A DNA stretch of 40,568 nt from an uncultured Clostridia bacterium (GTDB lineage Bacteria > Bacillota > Clostridia > Christensenellales > UBA1242). The position numbers and the translations under genes were made by a program. The notes below the pieces were generated by a model that ran no database searches, had not been told where the DNA came from, and worked only from the letters and a program-made list of their open reading frames with translations. This document shows, one piece after another, positions 37,517 to 40,568 of this stretch. The stretch lies in the NCBI GenBank assembly GCA_944372465.1, contig CALVZG010000038.1:1-40568 (forward strand), written 5' to 3'. Each line of letters starts with the position of its first letter. The first letter of the stretch is position 1.

Positions 37517-40500
37517 TTAATTTTTTGTAAATACATAGAACCCGTCAACTGCTGTTTCGCTTCTTGTAAAGTTGCTAGTTATATAACTTCCTGCTGTTAC
37601 ACCACTATCTACAACGCTTTGCGGAACTTTTATTGTAGTTGCATTACTTAAAATATAACCGCAACTTGACCTTGATGTAACGCTCGTATATATATACTCA
37701 TTTATTGTTACATTTGTTAGCCTGTTACAAGACATGAACGCCTGACCACCTATACTTGTTAAGTTTGTACAGCCACTTAAATCTATGCTTTTTAGACTGC
37801 TACAACCAACGAATGCCCATTCACCAATATTTGTTACACTTGATGGGATTTCTATGCTTGTTAGACTGATACAATAATAAAATGCATAATCACCAATACT
37901 TGTTAATTTTGTACACCCACTTAAATTTATACTTGTTAAATTATAACATTGATAGAATGCCCGTTCACCTATACTTGTTAAGTTTGTACAGCCACTTAAA
38001 TCTACGCTTGTTAGACTGTAACATTGATAGAATGCCCGTTCACCTATACTTGTTAAGTTTGTACAGCCACTTAAATCTACGCTTGTTAATTTGCTACAAG
38101 ACTGGAATGCATGATCACCTATACTTGTCAAGTTTGTACAGCCACTTAAATCTATACTTGTTAGACTGCTACAATCATTGAATGCATATAGATTTATTTC
38201 AGTTGTTCTACTATCTAATGTTAATGTTGTTACTTCACCTCTTAATACTGATGGGGCTAGGGCTATAAAATCACTTCCATCTACATAATATTGTACATTA
38301 CCTATTGTTTGTATTTTACTTGTTGGCTTTTCGCCTTGCAAATCACTTGGATTGTATACTACTATTGCATATTGTCCTAAAGAACCATTTGTATTAGACC
38401 ATGAGTTACCTATTTTTACTTCTGAAATATTGCTTGAATAGTTATATACCTCGGCTAATGCATAACAATACTGGAATGCAGAAGAACCTATACTTGTTAC
38501 ACTTGATGGTATCTCTATGCTTGTTAGACTGTAACAATAAGAGAATGCAGAAGAACCTATACTTTCTAAATTTATACAGCCACTTAAATCTATACTTGTT
38601 AGACTGTAACATTGCCAGAATGCATATTCACCTATACTTGTTAAATTTGTACAGCCACTTAAATCTATACTTGTTAATCTAGGACAATGATAGAATGCAT
38701 AAGAACCTATACTTGTTACATTTGCTGGAATCTCTATGCTTGTTAGACTGTAACAATTATAGAATGCATATTGATTTATTTCAGTTGTTCTATTATCTAA
38801 TGTTACTGTTGTTAATTCATCTCTTGATACTGATGGTGCTAGGGCTATAAATTCACTTCCATTTATATAATATTGCATATTATTTATTAGTTTTATTCTG
38901 CTTGCTGGCTTTTCGTCTTGCAAATCACTTGGATTGTATACTACTATTGCATATTCTCCTAAAGAACCATTTGTAGTATAACTTGAGTTACCTATTTCTA
39001 CTTCTGAAATATTGCTTGAATAGTTATATACCTCGGCTAATGCATAACAATACTGGAATGCAGAAGAACCTATACTTGTTACACTTGATGGTATCTCTAT
39101 GCTTGTTAGACTGTAACATTGATAGAATGCAGAAGAATCTATACTTGTTAAGTTTGTACAGCCACTTAAATCTATGCTTTCTAGACTGCTACAACGAGTG
39201 AATGCACCATAACCTATACTTGTTAAGTTTGCACAATTACTTAAATCTATACTTGTTAGACTAGTACAAGAAGAGAATGCCTGACTACCTATACTTGTTA
39301 AATTTGTACATCCTCTTAAATCTATGCTTTCTAAACTGCTACAACCACCGAATGCAAATTGATTTATTTCAGTTGTTCTACTATCTAATGTTACTGTTGT
39401 TAATTCATCTCTTGATACTGATGGTGCTAGGGCTATAAAATCACTTCCATCTACATAATATTGTACATTATCTATTACTTGTATTCTGCTCTTTGGTTTC
39501 TCCCCTTCCAAATCACTTGGATTGTATACTACTATTGCATATTGTCCTAAATAACCATTTGTACTAGAACTTGAGTTTCCTATTGCTACTTCTGGAATAT
39601 TGCTTGAATAATTATATACCTCGGCTAAAGCATAACAACTAGAGAATGCATTAGAACCTATACTAGTTACACTTGATGGTATCTCTATGCTTGTTAGATT
39701 GTAACAATCATCGAATGCATAATTACCTATACTTGTTAAGTTTGTACAGCCACTTAAATCTAGACTTTCTAAACCGCTACAAAACTCGAATGCACATTGA
39801 TTTATTTCAGTTGTTCTATTATCTAATGTTACTGTTGTTACTTCACTTCTTGATACTGATGGTGCTAGGGCTATAATATCACTCCCATCTACATAATATC
39901 GTACATTACCTATTGTTTGTATTCTGCTTGCTGGTTTCTCCCCTTCCAAATCACTTGGATTGTATACTACTTTTGCATATCGTCCTAAAGAACCATTTGT
40001 ACTAGAACTTGAGTTACCTATTGCTACTTCTGGAATATTGCTTGAATAGTTATACACCTCGGCTAAAGCATAACAACTAGAGAATGCATAATTACCTATA
40101 CTTGTTACACTTGATGGTATCTCTATGCTTGTTAGACTGTAACACTCAGAGAATGCATAATTACCTATACTTGTTAAGTTTGTACAGCCACTTAAATCTA
40201 TACTTGTTAGACTGTAACATTGATAGAATGCATATTCACCTATACTTGTTAAAGTTTCTGGTAAAGTTACGCTTGTAAGAGTTGAACTAACACTATAAAA
40301 TGCTCTATTTGAGTCTACACCTGCGTCTGCTATTGAAGTTACTTTATAATCATTTCCCTCAATAAATGCCCCATCTTCGCTTTTTGAAATTGTTGCTGGA
40401 ATTACTACATCTGTTTCACTTCCTGTATAGTTAGTTAAAGATGCTGTCTTTTCTTCTTCATTTAATGTAAATTCATATCCTTCATAAACCTTTGCTGGTG

Positions 40501-40567
40501 CAGCACTTTCATCATAAAGATTTATTATGTAATTAAATGTTGTCTCTGGTAATGAATTGTTCTTATC
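37517..40567 (-). CDS. BspA-type (TpLRR/LRR_5) leucine-rich repeat surface protein, 5'-truncated by the window edge
   Basis: LTSIxxxAFxxCxxLTSI repeats; the frame stays open from the track start (40057) to the window end (DKNNSLPETTF...YTGSETDVVIP...), more than 1000 aa. Confidence 0.92.
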   Translation of the reverse strand, partial: DKNNSLPETTFNYIINLYDESAAPAKVYEGYEFTLNEEEKTASLTNYTGSETDVVIPATISKSEDGAFIEGNDYKVTSIADAGVDSNRAFYSVSSTLTSVTLPETLTSIGEYAFYQCYSLTSIDLSGCTNLTSIGNYAFSECYSLTSIEIPSSVTSIGNYAFSSCYALAEVYNYSSNIPEVAIGNSSSSTNGSLGRYAKVVYNPSDLEGEKPASRIQTIGNVRYYVDGSDIIALAPSVSRSEVTTVTLDNRTTEINQCAFEFCSGLESLDLSGCTNLTSIGNYAFDDCYNLTSIEIPSSVTSIGSNAFSSCYALAEVYNYSSNIPEVAIGNSSSSTNGYLGQYAIVVYNPSDLEGEKPKSRIQVIDNVQYYVDGSDFIALAPSVSRDELTTVTLDSRTTEINQFAFGGCSSLESIDLRGCTNLTSIGSQAFSSCTSLTSIDLSNCANLTSIGYGAFTRCSSLESIDLSGCTNLTSIDSSAFYQCYSLTSIEIPSSVTSIGSSAFQYCYALAEVYNYSSNISEVEIGNSSYTTNGSLGEYAIVVYNPSDLQDEKPASRIKLINNMQYYINGSEFIALAPSVSRDELTTVTLDNRTTEINQYAFYNCYSLTSIEIPANVTSIGSYAFYHCPRLTSIDLSGCTNLTSIGEYAFWQCYSLTSIDLSGCINLESIGSSAFSYCYSLTSIEIPSSVTSIGSSAFQYCYALAEVYNYSSNISEVKIGNSWSNTNGSLGQYAIVVYNPSDLQGEKPTSKIQTIGNVQYYVDGSDFIALAPSVLRGEVTTLTLDSRTTEINLYAFNDCSSLTSIDLSGCTNLTSIGDHAFQSCSKLTSVDLSGCTNLTSIGERAFYQCYSLTSVDLSGCTNLTSIGERAFYQCYNLTSINLSGCTKLTSIGDYAFYYCISLTSIEIPSSVTNIGEWAFVGCSSLKSIDLSGCTNLTSIGGQAFMSCNRLTNVTINEYIYTSVTSRSSCGYILSNATTIKVPQSVVDSGVTAGSYITSNFTRSETAVDGFYVFTKN
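37730..40250 (-). repeat. Coding repeat array: 75-bp and 69-bp LRR units interleaved with four 270-bp modules
   Basis: Modules at 39800-40069, 39362-39631, 38774-39043, 38192-38461; exact duplications 37944-38013=38019-38088 and 38417-38536=38999-39118. Confidence 0.9.
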
Positions 40568-40568
40568 T

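Noticed and set aside
40055-40057. Track start of the LRR gene at GTG 40057
   Set aside because: The frame remains open to the window end, so the real start is outside the window
37730-40250. CRISPR array suggested by regular repeats with variable inserts
   Set aside because: Units are multiples of 3 within one open frame encoding LRRs, variable parts are only a few codons, and there are no cas genes
37882-40278. Plus-strand repetitive ORFs (37882, 38401, 38983, 39673, 40084)
   Set aside because: Antisense shadows of the LRR repeats with no RBS
37517-40568. Diversity-generating retroelement target
   Set aside because: No reverse transcriptase or non-coding template repeat in the window; scaffold adenines are invariant and variation is not adenine-specific. 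A remote DGR cannot be fully excluded.
1-40568. Alternative genetic code (TGA=Trp) given the low GC
   Set aside because: Conserved genes are full length under code 11 and Trp is encoded by TGG

Overview
Very AT-rich bacterial chromosomal window read with standard code 11. Gene content (holB-ricT-yabB-like cluster, SpoVB-like flippase, SpoVK-like AAA, DegV, fhs, DUF1846) suggests a low-GC, probably genome-reduced Bacillota/Clostridia lineage; this is inference, no search was run. Most of it is housekeeping (mnmG, holB, ricT, fhs, pgk-tpiA, dusB, lipid genes, an ABC exporter) plus two tRNAs, Ser(GCT) and Leu(CAG). The most notable observations are: (1) a ~150-nt rod-like structured RNA candidate between a strong promoter and tRNA-Ser; (2) a convergent DdeI-like type II restriction-modification pair whose C5-methyltransferase is fused to an N-terminal Xre HTH, has a perfect 14-bp palindrome inside its promoter, and sits between tRNA-Leu and what looks like that tRNA's displaced terminator; (3) a large BspA-type LRR protein, truncated by the window edge, built from near-identical DNA cassettes with hypervariable codons; (4) several apparently leaderless genes; (5) orphan proteins, including an acidic-IDR plus zinc-finger protein. 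I saw no CRISPR array, integrase, transposase or reverse transcriptase. All family calls come from motif recognition, not database searches.
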